From: Microthyrium microscopicum
Taxonomy: Eukaryota
Assembly (NCBI GenBank): GCA_010405405.1
Contig: MU004237.1
Location: 1,561,345 to 1,625,344 of the forward strand
DNA: 64,000 nt
Direction: 5' to 3'
Shown here: one piece after another, positions 1 through 13,922 of the stretch
Position numbering within the stretch: position 1 is the stretch's first letter
Layout of the letters: the number at the start of each line of letters is the position of its first letter
The notes under the pieces: generated by a model
What the model saw: the letters and a program-made list of their open reading frames with translations, nothing else
Databases searched by the model: none
What the model was told of the DNA's origin: nothing
Position numbers and translations under genes: made by a program

Positions 1-1539
1 TCTCAATTCTGCATGTGGAGCAAGAGGTATGGGATCATGATCACTTTGATGGTATGAAACTGATTTCTTCAGATTATGGGCGACGATACTCCGGCTATAC
101 AGGCTGTGCTTGATGCAGATGTCTGGCTAAAGCATCTACTCCGCGAACAAGAGAAGATCACCCAGGAGTTGAATGCGCTTGAGAAGCAGCGAGCGACTCT
201 CGCTGATACTTCTGGTGATGCTGTCCGGCTCGATCAACAGAGAGAAGGTCTCGATACTACACTCAGCGATATTCAAGGAAAGCTTGCCGAAATGGACTCG
301 GACAAGGCCGAATCAAGAGCAGCTAGCATATTGTTTGGTTTAGGTTTCTCGCAAGAAACTCAGCAGAACCCTACCAAGAGCTTCTCTGGTGGTTGGCGTA
401 TGAGATTGGCCCTTGCTAGAGCGCTATTCTGTGAGCCAGATCTACTACTGCTCGATGAACCTTCCAACAATCTCGATTTGCCTAGTGTAGGCTGGCTAGG
501 AAACTATCTCCAAACATACCCAAACACCTTACTCGTAGTTTCTCACGACCGAGCTTTCTTGAACGAAGTGGCCACCGACATCATCCACCAACACTCAGAA
601 CGTCTCGACTACTACAAAGGAGCAAACTTCGACTCTTTCTATGCCACTCGAGAAGAGCGCCGCAAAGTCGCCAAACGCGAATACGAGAAACAAATGGGCG
701 AGCGAGCCCATCTCCAAGCCTTCATCGACAAATTCCGCTACAACGCCGCCAAATCCTCCGAAGCTCAATCCCGCATCAAAAAGCTAGAAAAGATGCCCGT
801 CCTCCAAGCCCCAGAAGCCGAGTACAGTGTCAAATTCCGTTTCCCTGAAGTCGAAAAACTATCACCACCTATCATCCAAATGAGCAATGTAACATTCGGC
901 TACACCAAAGATAAACTCCTCCTCAACCACGTCGATTTAGACGTTCAACTCGACTCCCGTATCGGCATCGTCGGTCCCAACGGTGCAGGTAAAACCACCG
1001 CTCTTAAACTCCTCATCCAGCAACTCTCACCCTCCTCTGGCCTGATATCACAGCACTCCCGTCTAAGAGTCGGCTACTTCACACAGCACCACATCGACGG
1101 TCTCGACCTAAACATGTCCGCCGTATCCTTCATGGCCCAAAGGTTCCCCGGCAAAACAGACGAAGAATATCGCCGCCATCTCGGCGCTTTCGGCATCACC
1201 GGTATGACTGGCCTTCAAAAGATGGAACTCCTATCCGGTGGTCAAAAGTCTCGTGTAGCATTCGCCTGTCTGTCAAGTACGAATCCCCATATTCTAGTGC
1301 TAGACGAACCGTCTAATCATTTGGATATCGAGGCACTGGATGCGCTAAGTGAGGCACTTAATCTGTTTGAGGGAGGCGTGTTGATGGTTAGTCACGATGT
1401 TACTGTGCTGCAGAAAGTGTGTACTAGTTTGTGGGTTTGTGATAATGGGACGATTGAGCATTTTGATGGAACGGTCAATGATTATAAGAAGAGGATTTTG
1501 GCGCAGGCCGGGGATAGTGGTGTTGTGCAGAAACATTAG
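1..1539 (+). CDS. GCN20: ABC-F family translation regulator Gcn20-like, 5'-truncated by window edge; intron 27-72
   Basis: Two ABC domains without TM segments (FSGGWRMR...LLLLDEPSNNLD; GPNGAGKT...LSGGQKSR...LDEPSNHLD). Removing GT-AG intron 27-72 joins SILHVEQE to IMGDDT. Confidence 0.9.
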
Positions 1540-4500
1540 ACACGAAGATAGCATTGAACATGATGTCTGGCACGACAATTCTTTGATTTTAAAGGCTCTA
1601 GTTCTTGGATGTAGAGTGACTTGAACGCTTGTGGGGTTGAAGAATATGAGGGAAACAGAGCAGCCACTCTTGAAGAGTTGTTATGGTAGTCATTGTATTC
1701 AATGGGAATATATTCGTCCACACAGTTCTCTTACTTTGATACCAGAGAGGCTCTCAAGGCTGTGGATTTTGGCAAAAACATAAAAGAAGTGCCAAAAAAA
1801 AGCAAAAACCGGCCTCGGATACTCTCAACTTACTTCTCAGTCATTATCTGTCCAAAAACTCAAGATAGAAAATCTAAAATCTCCCAATTGAGCATGTGAC
1901 CTTTCGATGTGGTGGTCATCCAAAAGAGGAAATTCACGATAATTAATTCAACAAAAAATACAACCTTAGCTCCGACGAGCTAAGATTGTAATAAAAGCGT
2001 ATTACCGCTTTTTGCTATCTAAGAAGAGTGCGACTGATTAGTCATCCACAATTAAGTGTGGTGGTAGTTAATCAGGTAATGTTTTTGCCACTCTGTAATT
2101 TAAGCCACTTGCTGACAAAGAGAGTCGAAGAAATCGACTCAATCAATCTGTCAACTGGGCCAGAACCTGCTTTTGTTAGTAACGAAAAATGATTGCACTG
2201 TTTGAGTATATATTGTGCTTTTCAGCCCCTCGCAAAAACAATTCATGATTCCGTCCGTATGTCTTTCTCACGAGATAATTCAACATGCACATAATTCCCT
2301 CATGAGCCAATCGACTCAATGACATTTCCTTCGTGCCATGACATATAATTCAGGTTCACAGTACTATGAGCCACTAAAGCTTACTTTCAAGCTCTGCATA
2401 AAGTCAAAAACTCCAGCTGATCAAACCTGTACACGGTAGGCTTAACCCATAATTCCAGACGAAGTCAACACGATCCACCATAAGCTTCACTCAACCACTA
2501 AGACACCAAAGCCTAGGATGTGTACATCTCAACAGCTCTTTGCCACTATGTGCCCTTACAGCATGCATAAACTCTATATAGCGGCTGAAGAATCTCCACT
2601 GTCTACTCTGCGAACCATATATGCGAACTACGTAAGCGGAGATATATCAGCAACAGTTATTAGTTCCCCCAGCTTTTTGGTCCACTGTTTTCACGAAGTC
2701 GATTGTTTGCCTCCACCACTCGGAAGCTTCTCCAGCTTGTTGACAGCTCTGATATCAAACACACGCCCAAGCTGATGCCCTTTTCCCCGCACAGACAAGG
2801 TTTGCCAGTCTTGCCAGTTTGACGAGTAATCGCCTCAACAGGCGGGGACCAAGGCCATGCGAGATCAGATCAGAGTGTGCATAAAGCTCCGACACATGGG
2901 AAAAAAGTCTCCGCATGGTCCTTGATTCGTTCAGTCAAATTCACGCGAGCAGTCGAGTTGTGTATGTTTCTCGACTGGATTTGTTATGACTTTCGGAATC
3001 ACGCGAGAACTTACCCCTGGCGTGTTCCCTACGGCGAGGGCAGTAAGTTTGGTACCGAACTGCGAATCACTGACTAGGCTCGAACCAACAGAACTTCACG
3101 CGAAGCATGCTGAGCAAGACTGAGTCGAAGAAAGGAATACGATGTCGTACTCCCCACAAGAGTTGTGGGTGCAATTGCTTGATTTGTATATCCCGTGGAA
3201 ATGCCATGACGCCTACGTACCAGACAAAAAGGTCTCGGAGGTGGACGGGCAAGAAAGACGGGGCCTTAAGGATATAAATACGAGAATTTCTGCTATAATA
3301 CTGCCATAGGCAAGAGTTGCCGGTTGTAAATCAATATAGGATTTTTTTGGTATTCGCACCTCCCGTGAAGGGACTAGGGGAATCTGCACATCTATTTGAA
3401 TGCTGGTCTATAAGATGTGCATTAATGTTTGTTCTTCTGATACTAGCAGACATGCATCTAAGCCAGAAAGTGCTGTTTGCGTAGCACAGAATGAGATATT
3501 TCGTTACCGGCGTCAACCCAGTGGTAGGTCTGTCCCGTGGCAATTCATTGTGTCTTCCAATATGCACGTTGCGGGCATTGAAGGACGCCTATGTGCCTGG
3601 CATGGTTTCAATTGGCTGTGGTGCCTGGTGTGCATCAGTAACGGTTCGGCGGTCACGACAATTGAGAATGGGCTGAGGGAGTGTGTAAGAGAGAATGGTT
3701 TGATCGGACTGCGTTTCTCATGATGGGTTCATGCTGGTTGTGGTGGTTGGGAAGGTTGACGTTCTCCACGATCAGCAATGTGTTTTTTTTGGGTTCAATG
3801 CCAGAAGGCCAGCATTCCCCGCTGGCCAGGAACCAGATGCTGCTCCCTAGGAGTGGGATCACAGTACCAAGAAGAACTAAGAAGGCTGTAGGTTGGTGAC
3901 TGGTGTTTCATGATCTGCTGGTGCCGGGTTAGTATGGCCGTTGCGGGCTGCAGTGCGCGAGCTTTCTCTCGGAAAACTTGAATGGGCGCGCTTTGTAATG
4001 TTTTATTCAATACAGGTACTAGTAGCTTGTGAGAAGCATTTAGGAATCTCCGTAAGTATCTTGTTCCACGAGGCCGTGGTGACCCGTGGGCTTCATCAGT
4101 TGTCCTCGTGCATAAGTGGAGCGGATAAAGAACAAGGTCGTCGTTGGACAATTGGAAAAGGGGTCCAAGGACGGAGGTTTTCAATGTGGTGCTTGATTCA
4201 AGCAAGGCTGAAGTGGAGCTTTGCTCAGTCCACTCCACCACCTTCTCATATCTTTAACGACTTATTGAATGCATAGGAAAAAATCTTGTTTACAGTTGAG
4301 AGGGATGCTCGTAGACATCGCCGTTGAGGAGTGATGCCGTTTAATCTTGTCCATCCCGAGGCCTACCGTATTGAAGAGCTTAAGAATGATGAAGTATAAA
4401 AAGTTGAAGACCCACAACTTCAAACAAGCGGCTCAAATTCTGGTGCTAGTAATACTGGAGCCGAGTTCTATCCAAGTTGGTGCTAGTTCAAAGGTAAGAC

Positions 4501-7500
4501 ATGCATTTCCTTCGAGAAACAAGTTCGCAGCACGTTTGTCAGCAGATAAATCGGCAGTCAATGATAGATTTAGAATAGAAATATATGCAGCCTTTGATGC
4601 CACCAGCACAAGCTGCATGAGTATACAGACTACTACTATGTACACAAAACAACAGATATCACGTCTTGTAAGACGCGTCGCGTCATCACGAGCTGATTGA
4701 GATGAGATGTATCAAATTACCCCATCCGTATCCGCAGCCACAGATCAATTTTGACTGTTTTGACGTCCTCCAGGAAATCTCCACCGATGTTCTGTCAAAG
4801 AACCCTGGAATAATTTTTCATTTCTAAAGATTGATAGACACACCCTGGAGAATCGAGATAAAAATGTCAAACAACCTGGTCCGGCCCGATTGGAAATATA
4901 CGGCTTGCTAGACTGTATTCCACGACATACTTATTTAGTTAGCCGCTTGTTCTCATGCCAGTCGTTGCACTGTGTGCTTTTGCTTCGATCAGTACCAGTT
5001 CAATGCGGCGCCTCTTGTGGTCACAGCAAGTAGAGCGGCCCACTCATTAAGCACGAAGATCATCCTGCCTTGAGGACTAGCGAAGACCTGACTTGAATTG
5101 ACAAAAGCCGAGCGAAAACGTGATTATAAAAGTAAAAGGCATGCACCGGACAACCGGCGAAATGTGGTTACTGCTAAATATGCAGCTTGAATATACACAT
5201 GGTCAGGGTCTGTTGGATGTGGTTGAAGAACGAGGTGGGAGTCTGTTACTTTAAACGATTTCATAATTGATATTCTTTTACCTTCCTCGACTGTCAGATT
5301 GTGGCTAACTGCCCTGTACGCTTAAAGGATTCAGCCAACAGGGCAGAGAAAAACAGGCGATGTGAAACACCTTTTTCGCCTCAATATCGTGGGGAGAGCA
5401 AGTGAGATATCAAAAAAATGCGTGCGCGATGGCGCCGCCAGGTCCGAGCTGACGGAATGTGGATTAGAGTCTTGCATCTTGATGGGTGGTTCACAGCCTA
5501 TGGCGCTTATGCTTCCACGGCTGCGTTGGCATTGCTGGTGTGGCTTCAGCTGGACATGCCGAAGGATGAGCGGAAAGGAAATCAAGATATTTACTCCGTA
5601 GTTAAGCGAAGTTGCCTAACTTATTTCCCTGATTTTCTGGTTTCCAAATTCCAATGGACCAAGCAGTAGATACGAAAGCGATCAGACACGCGGGAAGCTG
5701 CAGGACAATCAAGACAATTAAATCGCACCACGGCACTGAGCAGGTGGCGCTGTATAGCGCCTGTGTTGGTCATAGAGGAGTACAGAATTGGTGTGTGAAG
5801 AGTATTTGGTAGTGGTACTATCCGGATTGTTTATTTGGGTGAGTTGTCAAAGTTGTCCCACTGTCGCAACATGGATAGACGCGGTTTGGCGATTAAAACC
5901 CAGGGACCATCGCGAAGGTAAGTCTCGACGATTGGTCTGCAATGCATGGTTTGGAGCCCATGTGCTGGGTACAGAATACCGGTTTGGGACTTACGCCAGC
6001 ATGCTGTCATGACTGTAAATAGTTTCGTCTACCAGTAGCAAGGCCAGATCATCCCAGATGCAGCAGTGGAGCACGCCTCTGCGTTTGTGCTGCCAGGCAA
6101 GTCCTGGGCTGGTGGATTTGGTGGTGTTGGGCAGATCCTCGCACAAGGTGCATTTGTTGCCTTTTTTCCTTGCCATTTGCACTCTAGATGCTCGTGTTTG
6201 GTCACTTTGGTGGCCATATCGCCGGTATTGTTTGTCAAGAGTCTGGAAATGCAGCAAGGAGGCTGTCAAGAGTCGAGTGGTCGTTGGAATCTTTGAGCAG
6301 TGACAAGACCCTTATCCCACATGCTACGCCAAACCAGTGACTGCTTGCAGCAAAAGATACAAGTGCTCAAGGCTAAATGATGTGGTGCTGCTAGCGCACG
6401 AGAAAGGCCAAGCTATCCAGGCTTGTCAGAGCGGCTTAGCGGACTGAAGGGTAGTAAAGAATGGAGAAGAGAGTAAAGGGAGAGGTATGATTGGGGCCAG
6501 GCCATGTGGGAGTTATGAAGGGCGAGGTCCGTTTGGAGAGTTAATGGCGGTGGATAGAGACAGCAGAGCCAATCGACGTGGTTTTGTGCCTGTCTAGAGC
6601 TCGTTAGATAGCGTCGTCTGTTTTCCGGTAACTTTAATTTGTAAATAATGAATGATAGCGTGTAGAATCTGCTAGTAGTAGTATGGATCGTCATCGTCTT
6701 TTCCATAATGCATATTGCTGCAATGCTGTCAAGACTCAAAGTACTCTGTAGAGCAAGATACCTAGTTGGCTCGGTTGGTTTCGCGACCAGTTGCCTGCAT
6801 TCTCCCAGAACCAGTCGATCTGGTTTCCGTCTATCAAGGTCCCCACGCCCTGTATATGTTAGACGTAGTCTGACTTCCCTTTTAGCTATGGTATTGTGTG
6901 GTAGTAGATGGTAATCATGGTCTTATGGGGGAATAATTACAGATCGTAACGCCTTGCCAAGTTGCATGCGTGTCTCCCAGCTTAATGCTTGGAACCGCCC
7001 GCACAGTATCTTCTGTTGAATGTTCATACATGATGCAGACAACTGACTGGTGTTTTTGGTGCTTCTTATCCGTGATTCCGTGTTCCTGCCCGGATTATGT
7101 AGAGTAACGGGTACATACCACACTTTGTACAGACCGCACAGCAATGACGGGCCCATGAAAACGCCTCTTGTAGGACGATAAAATACATTTCAACCAACCT
7201 GGCCTAGTTCCGAGTTTTGGTCGTAACCTTCAAGGCTGGCGTCGTACGCCATCTCTGCCCATTGCTTCCTTTCGCTTTCTAGCTTTCTAGCTTTCTAAGC
7301 CAAGCAATTTTGATTTTCTACCGGTAGGCTGTAGCTGACTGTAAACTCGCACTACTCTACTCAGTACTGACTACTGAGCTTTGAAAGTCTGAGAGCTGCG
7401 AGCGACTAGTCCATGTCCAAAAGCCAACTTCTTGTCTTTTCTATCTCGATCCAACTACTCCTCCAACTTCTTTGACTTTTTGCTTGTCTTTCTTTTATCC

Positions 7501-8540
7501 ATCTCCATCTTGTCTCATTATTTCCTATCCCACTCATTGACCATCTTTGGTCTGCACGGCTGCCTTTACTGTCACTGCTGTTTGCTGAGTGTATCATACA
7601 TTTCCAGCACCAGTAGATTCAATTGCAGCGCTGAACGCACACGCCGTGATCTGTCAATCCATTGATTCCTTTCATCCAGAATCAATCCATTCCTCGATTC
7701 TCCATCCTTTCCCGCAGGCATGCAATGACCGACCTTCTCTACTTCTCCGCCCTCCCACCCATCTCCTCCTCCGCAAGCGCTGGCGTGTTCCGGGGCAATG
7801 AAGACAGTCCCTACGGTAAGTTCTTGATCTTTGCCTTTGCCTTGTTTGCTGCTCCGCTGCTCCGCTATACTACTGCATCTGGTGTGCATGCGTCTTCTGT
7901 CATGCAGCCCTGGTGCAGATTTGCACGCGTCCTACCCGTTGGTCGTGTTTAAGATCAGCCTTTGGCGTGCCTGGCACCACTGCCAAACGCTTTGCTCGCA
8001 TCCGCTCCCCACCGACATCAGACGCGCGACTTTGTTTTCCAGACTCTCAATCCGGCATCATCGTTCATCTTTTGCTCTCCAACCATTCCTCATTCCTCTC
8101 TTTGTTCCTCTATCATCCACTCGCTCAAGCTCTGCCTGCTGACCACTGCTCCGGCAATCCAGATTGTGGCCACAGCGAGCATTGTGGGCATTAGCGGCAT
8201 TGGCTGTGTTCTTGGGCGGCCTGACGACCGCACTCCAGTTTTGCCCCGGAAGAGAAAACAATCACAATCCTTTGACCGGCACACTACCGACCTGGCCGTG
8301 GTGCCAGGAGTCGCTGCTGAAAATCATCCAGGGGCAGGCGCTGTGACAGGGCCCTCTTCAAGTCTTCGTGCTCTGGCCTCGTCAGGGCAGCCAGAGTCCA
8401 GCGCTACTTCTCAAGGTTTCTGGACAGGGCCTTCAAGGCCAAATCCAAGCTCAAGCGCAGGACAGGCGCGCCAAACTGTTCAGGCTGCTCAGCAACCACC
8501 CCTGGATCAACAACGACCCCACGACGACCCTGGAGCAGAT

Positions 8541-11500
8541 ATGGATGTGACCGTTTCACCTCCCGTATTATCCCATATGATGACAATGACGACCAGCATT
8601 CATCCGTCCTTAAGACCTTCCCACGCTGTCCTTCCCACTTCACATCCTCGAGCCTCGCCCTTTCCTCCTTCGACCGCCTCGTCGTCTCACAAATCTCGCC
8701 AAAGCTATGATGGGAGGACTGCCTCTGGCAAAGTAAGAAGATTGACTTTACAAGTCGATGATGCAGCACAGCAACGTCGTGAAGATCACGACCGTGCCGC
8801 CTCGCCGGGTGTTGCAACTTCAGAGGAGGCTTTTGTACAGCCAAGGCCCAGAACAAGAGGTTCAACCTCTCGAAATTCGTGGATGAAACGGCTTTCGTCA
8901 GCCATGTCATCGAGAAGTGCAAGCCCAGCTCCAAGTGAAGGTGGTCATTCTCCGGATTTATCATTCTCCAACGAGTCCAAGGCATTCTCTCATAACAGCT
9001 CTATTACACCAATGCTCGGCTCTCGACCGTCTACTGCCCATCCTGGTCCAAATAAGCTCGTCAAGAGATCATCATCTCAAAGACTGGACGATTTCTCAGC
9101 TCCGACGCCCAAACGATTGACCCTTCGCCGACCAGCCACAAGCCACCAACGCACCGCAGCGTTGCAGTATCACGCAGCTCTCCGCAATTCGCCAGATTTA
9201 TCCAAGCCGTCTGAAGCTTCACCTGAAGACGAGATCAAGTGGCGGCACTTTTTTTCCGTCAAGGTGCCCCAATCCACAAAAGGTCAAAAACGACATTCTT
9301 CGTACGACAGTCAAGCAATCAGACGGATACTGCCCGATAGCAGATATACTCCCTCTCTTATATCTGCCAAAACGATTCTGACCTCTTCTTTCGACGTTGA
9401 TGATATATCGGTACAAGATGATGACCTAGATTACGCGAGTAGGCCTGCCTCAGCATTGGGACTTGAAAATCATATCCTTGCACCTGAAATGGAACAGGAT
9501 ATTGCGTATGCTACCAATACCAATTCGAAACGAAACTCGCAAATGCTAGATTCTAGAGAGTCGATGGATGTGGGATCAAGTGGCAGATTTTCGTTATCTG
9601 GTCTTCTTCGGAGACGGCCCTCTCGCAATTCAGCTGAAAAGAGACCTCTCAAACTGATCAAACGCAACTCGAGACGAATATCCTCAGATCCAATGGGCAT
9701 AAGAAGAATAAATGATGAAGACTCGACGAATGAGCGTCCAGCAAAACGAAGGCAATCAACAAATCTAGGTGTATCTAACAATGATATGGACGCACAGCAG
9801 AGAGCACAACAGGTTGAGGCCAATGCTAACCTTACCAACCCAGGAATCACATTAACCTCCACCCCGATCACCTCCACCTCGCGGCAGTCTTCTCCATACC
9901 TACCCTCTGAAACAAACTCTCCTGACCTCCCACAAACTAATTTCAACAGTGGAAAAACAAATCACATGCTGTCTAATAATCAAACATCAACACAATCACC
10001 ACCTCTTCCCCACGCTCATTTTAGAGCATCAAACATTTCTGCTACTGCTTCAGAGCATACATCAACTCTTGTTGGCTCCGACATTGAAGCCAGTCGAGGA
10101 GTAAATCTGGTGGATGACGAGGACACGGACCATTCAACCCTCTTTGACTCCCTTAGGACGCGGGGAACGAGAAGTACTTCGGGAGCACATCGTGGCCGGA
10201 TAGAAACAATATTTGACGAATCTCCATCCCCGCCTTCCTCCAATTCACCCAAGCTACGCGACATTCTCCCTGCTGGTATGCTTGGCCACGCAGAACTTCT
10301 TCGGAAAGATCATCACTCGGTTATAGATGAGGAGGAAATGATGGCCACGCCGGTCCGGACGATTCGATCTGATCGGGCTGACGATGGCTCTCCCCTTGCC
10401 CCAAGGCTCAGGTCTCGTGCCGTGGCTCCTTTACATCTTTCCTCGCCCGCCGATATGCAAAAAGTCCTTAGCCTAGGAACCCTCGAGTATGATGATCAAA
10501 TGGAGGAGGATGATGACGAGTCACGTTGGTCGGCTTTTGACGAGGATTCAAGGTTGTCGACTATTGACGATTGGGATGGGCAAAGTGTTGCTGAGCCAAC
10601 ATTGTCAAGTGAGGCTAATCACCCAAGCAGCAAACGACCATCAATCACCTCAACCAACTCTTCAACAACTCATCGATTTTTAGATGGAATGACTGGTCGC
10701 AGTGACACTCGAAGTAAAATTTTCGATTTTTCTGAACAACCAACCGAAAAACCTTCTGGCAGCCATTCGCCTCCTCGTCCACGCACAGTACATGGCAAAA
10801 AAGACACCGACCGTGGAAGTCGTACGACCGGCAGACGTGTTCCAAGTGGCTTACACGCTCGTAGTCAAAGTGTTCCTGTTGTGCCCGCTTTGGCAGGCAG
10901 AAAAGAGACGCTCATGACTAATAAATTTGGGACATGGGGCGTGGGAAGCAAGGGAGTCAGCGAGGACTGGGATGATGACTTTGATTTTGAAGACGAAAGC
11001 TTAAAGGTGGACAAGTCAACTGGTGGAGCACAAGACAAGCGCATCGATAGTGGTATGAGCGGTATGAGGATTCCACAAACGATTCGCGAGTCTCAGATCA
11101 ATGTTGTAAACAACATTGGTCTTGTACGCGAGTTTGGCCTCATAATCGAGGAATTAAAGGTCCTACGCAATCGCGCCTTGAAAAGTGGCCGGCTTGCTTC
11201 GCCCAAGCCACCAGTTTGGGTAGAGATTGATGCCATGATTGACTTGGCTGATCAGGAAGTGGACGACCCTCTGTTTCCACCACAATCTTCATTACCTTCA
11301 TCGCCCGCCAATGAGGTGGATCCTTTTGAGGACAACTCTGAATTACCTGTCCCACCGACATGGCCCAAATCAACACCAGATCCAAGAAGAAGTCGCTCAC
11401 GCCGTCGCTCCGTCCTTCCCAATGCCGAAAATGATGTTTTTAGCACACCGACATCACAAGCCGCATCATCCTTCGTCCTCAACTCATCTCCACCAACCTC

Positions 11501-11912
11501 GACGCCAGCGAATCGCCCTAGAAAGGACTCGGAAGCAATGGCCAGGTCTGTCATTGAAGCTCTACAAAAGAAGAAGGATACCGAAGCTGGATTGGCTCTC
11601 CATCCAGTCCCGGCCAACAAGAAGGTTCCTTTCGACACCAACACTCTTCGCCATATCGTTCCCTACGTCCACGGTCTCGTCCGCCGAGTGAAACTCTCCA
11701 TGGACGACCTCACCACATCCGAGGGTAACAGTCTTCCTACTACGCCGCAGCCAAACACCGAGCAGAACCGTCTTGCTCAACTCTTCAGCAATCCACCAAC
11801 CACTCCGCAACCTCATAGCAGATCTCGACGTCCGGCTGTCAAAACTGGCAAGGGCAAAGAAAACGAACATGACGACGAAATCAGCAAGCGTATGAACGAC
11901 ATGAATCTCTAA
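8541..11912 (+). CDS. Large Ser/Pro/Arg-rich, largely disordered fungal protein of unknown function
   Basis: Uninterrupted ORF 7962-11912; first in-frame ATG at 8541. Ordered-looking islands: RSQSVP, KFGTWGVGSKGVSEDWDDDFDF, and a helical IPQTIRESQ...IEELKVLR segment. Confidence 0.75.
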   Translation: MDVTVSPPVLSHMMTMTTSIHPSLRPSHAVLPTSHPRASPFPPSTASSSHKSRQSYDGRTASGKVRRLTLQVDDAAQQRREDHDRAASPGVATSEEAFVQPRPRTRGSTSRNSWMKRLSSAMSSRSASPAPSEGGHSPDLSFSNESKAFSHNSSITPMLGSRPSTAHPGPNKLVKRSSSQRLDDFSAPTPKRLTLRRPATSHQRTAALQYHAALRNSPDLSKPSEASPEDEIKWRHFFSVKVPQSTKGQKRHSSYDSQAIRRILPDSRYTPSLISAKTILTSSFDVDDISVQDDDLDYASRPASALGLENHILAPEMEQDIAYATNTNSKRNSQMLDSRESMDVGSSGRFSLSGLLRRRPSRNSAEKRPLKLIKRNSRRISSDPMGIRRINDEDSTNERPAKRRQSTNLGVSNNDMDAQQRAQQVEANANLTNPGITLTSTPITSTSRQSSPYLPSETNSPDLPQTNFNSGKTNHMLSNNQTSTQSPPLPHAHFRASNISATASEHTSTLVGSDIEASRGVNLVDDEDTDHSTLFDSLRTRGTRSTSGAHRGRIETIFDESPSPPSSNSPKLRDILPAGMLGHAELLRKDHHSVIDEEEMMATPVRTIRSDRADDGSPLAPRLRSRAVAPLHLSSPADMQKVLSLGTLEYDDQMEEDDDESRWSAFDEDSRLSTIDDWDGQSVAEPTLSSEANHPSSKRPSITSTNSSTTHRFLDGMTGRSDTRSKIFDFSEQPTEKPSGSHSPPRPRTVHGKKDTDRGSRTTGRRVPSGLHARSQSVPVVPALAGRKETLMTNKFGTWGVGSKGVSEDWDDDFDFEDESLKVDKSTGGAQDKRIDSGMSGMRIPQTIRESQINVVNNIGLVREFGLIIEELKVLRNRALKSGRLASPKPPVWVEIDAMIDLADQEVDDPLFPPQSSLPSSPANEVDPFEDNSELPVPPTWPKSTPDPRRSRSRRRSVLPNAENDVFSTPTSQAASSFVLNSSPPTSTPANRPRKDSEAMARSVIEALQKKKDTEAGLALHPVPANKKVPFDTNTLRHIVPYVHGLVRRVKLSMDDLTTSEGNSLPTTPQPNTEQNRLAQLFSNPPTTPQPHSRSRRPAVKTGKGKENEHDDEISKRMNDMNL

Positions 11913-13922
11913 TGCGACTATGCTCATGATGCACGGTCTTCTATGGCCATTTTGTACTATACTTTCCCTCGTCTCCAACGGTCTCTCAGCCTCCCGTTGA
12001 GTGGTCTACGAGGCGAACCCCAGTTCTACCTGCTGGTTACGCAGCACACGAAAACCTTCGGAGATAACACATCAATCCTGTTGCCTCTCGTATATTCAAT
12101 CCGGTTCAAAGAATTATGCGCCTTTGCATATGGAACACTAAACCTAATACATCCACCTCGACCGCTCTGCCCCGACCGCTCTTCCCGAGTCACATCCGCG
12201 CGGTCTCTTCTCCTGTCATTCATCATTCTTGCTCAAACAACAAACTATCCACTACCATTGTACTATTAGCGCAAAAACGCCCTTTCTATCATAACGGACG
12301 CAGCATTTTATAGCAATCTGCATAGCATTGCATCACACTCTTTCCAACACAACTTGTATTTTGTATCACTTACTTGTTCTGCAAGCATTAGCATTGTTTT
12401 TTCAATTGGCCGCGATCTTTCATTGGAATACCGCTTTTTTGACCCTTTTTTCCCTCGAGCTATTGTTTCTGCTGGGCGCACTGGAAATCTTTGGGGAACA
12501 GACTTGATATTTGCAAGCATAAGCATTGGGAACAAACATTATCTTCTTGATGCAAAACGGGATTTCTTCTGAAGGAGGGAAGGCAGGGAACATAAAAATC
12601 ACTTATTGCTAGGTTTTGATTGGGCACAAACATCTTTTTGAGGGAAGTAGGCTGTATGCTAGGACTATTCTTTATTGTTGAATGTTTGTACGCTGATTGT
12701 CTTCGTGTACATCTCCAAGGCGGTGGTGAAGGACATGTGCTATGCTGCTGGGGAATTGGATGGGACCTGTCGGTGTGCATGGAATAGGTCATCAGGTTCT
12801 ATGGCTATAAAGAGTTGTCGCTTGGTTGACTAACTGAAAGTACGATTGGAGTGGAGATTGGAAATGTAAATGGCCTTTGCGTGGAAAAAGGTGTTGTAGA
12901 ATGAGGATCTTGTTGAAGCGAATTACATGATCTTCCAGTATACTTTTGCTCATACTCGCGCTGTCCAGATGTCTTGTTATATTTCACGGAGGGATTGGTA
13001 AAGAATATACCGTCTTTGACGTCTGGGTGTTGGAGTCTGTTTATGGTATCATGGAAACAGCCCCCATCTCCTCGTATCGCAGCGTGTGTGGTAACAAACA
13101 CAGCATCTACCTACCACCAGGGCCAAATGGTAGTAACATGGCTGCTGTCAGAATATGCCAAACAGTGGTTTGCGTGCTTAAAACGGTTATGGTGAGCCGA
13201 CCAGATCTTGGAATGATTATCAGTTGTCACACACTCTCAAATCCATTGTTTCACACTCGCCACTTCAATCAGACTTTTGTGAATATTGTTCGCCCCTCCT
13301 AAGACCATCACCAATAAGTTTACGAAGTATATTTTTCTCCAGTACAGGATGTTTCGATGTGTAACCAATAGGACATTTTTCTTAGACATGATAGCTGCAG
13401 GGAAAGCTGCAAGAATTGTGGCTGACTCGTCTTGGTTCGCGGGCTCACAGGCTCAAGGGCTCGCATTCGTCATGCATGGCTCTAAAGAAGGTTGATCGAC
13501 TTTGGAGCTTATCCTAACAAGTAGCCCAGTTTATGCAAGTACTAATGCCATTTACCTCTTTCCCATTGAACCTCATATCGTGTCTCTTTTCCCCACCTAC
13601 ATCGTGTTTGCAACTTCACGCCTTGCTTTGTCTCGTATCATACATCGGTACGAGTTGTAACTGACCGCAGCAGCTGTGCAACACGTCATGCTTTGAAATT
13701 GATCACGAATTACTTGAAAGAGCGAGGAATTTCAGTCTACAATTGCTGGTATTGAGAAGAGGCGTTTTTGTACTCGGGTCTCACAGTTTCGAGATCCGCG
13801 AACGGCTTGATATTATAGTACAACAAACCTTAGCTTTGAGAGCTATCGTGTTTTCAGGCAAATCGGCATTTCTGGCTTTAATACAACGCTTGAACTATAA
13901 CTTCTTGTATCAAGTATTCAAG

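Noticed and set aside
5831..6176. Possible two-exon minus-strand ORF MARKKGNKCTLC... with intron 5937-5994
   Set aside because: Splices in frame but has a weak branch site and no recognisable motif; could be chance.
1900..7900. Short ORFs and small repeated words (AATCGACTCAAT twice, ATAATT, CTTTCTAG x3 near 7275-7299) in the long intergenic region
   Set aside because: No domain, terminal repeats or consistent periodicity that I can support.
7962..8540. N-terminal extensions of ORF-track calls starting at TTG/GTG (also 13743, 20105, 27047, 62234)
   Set aside because: Non-ATG starts from a prokaryotic-style caller; downstream ATGs fit the protein families better.
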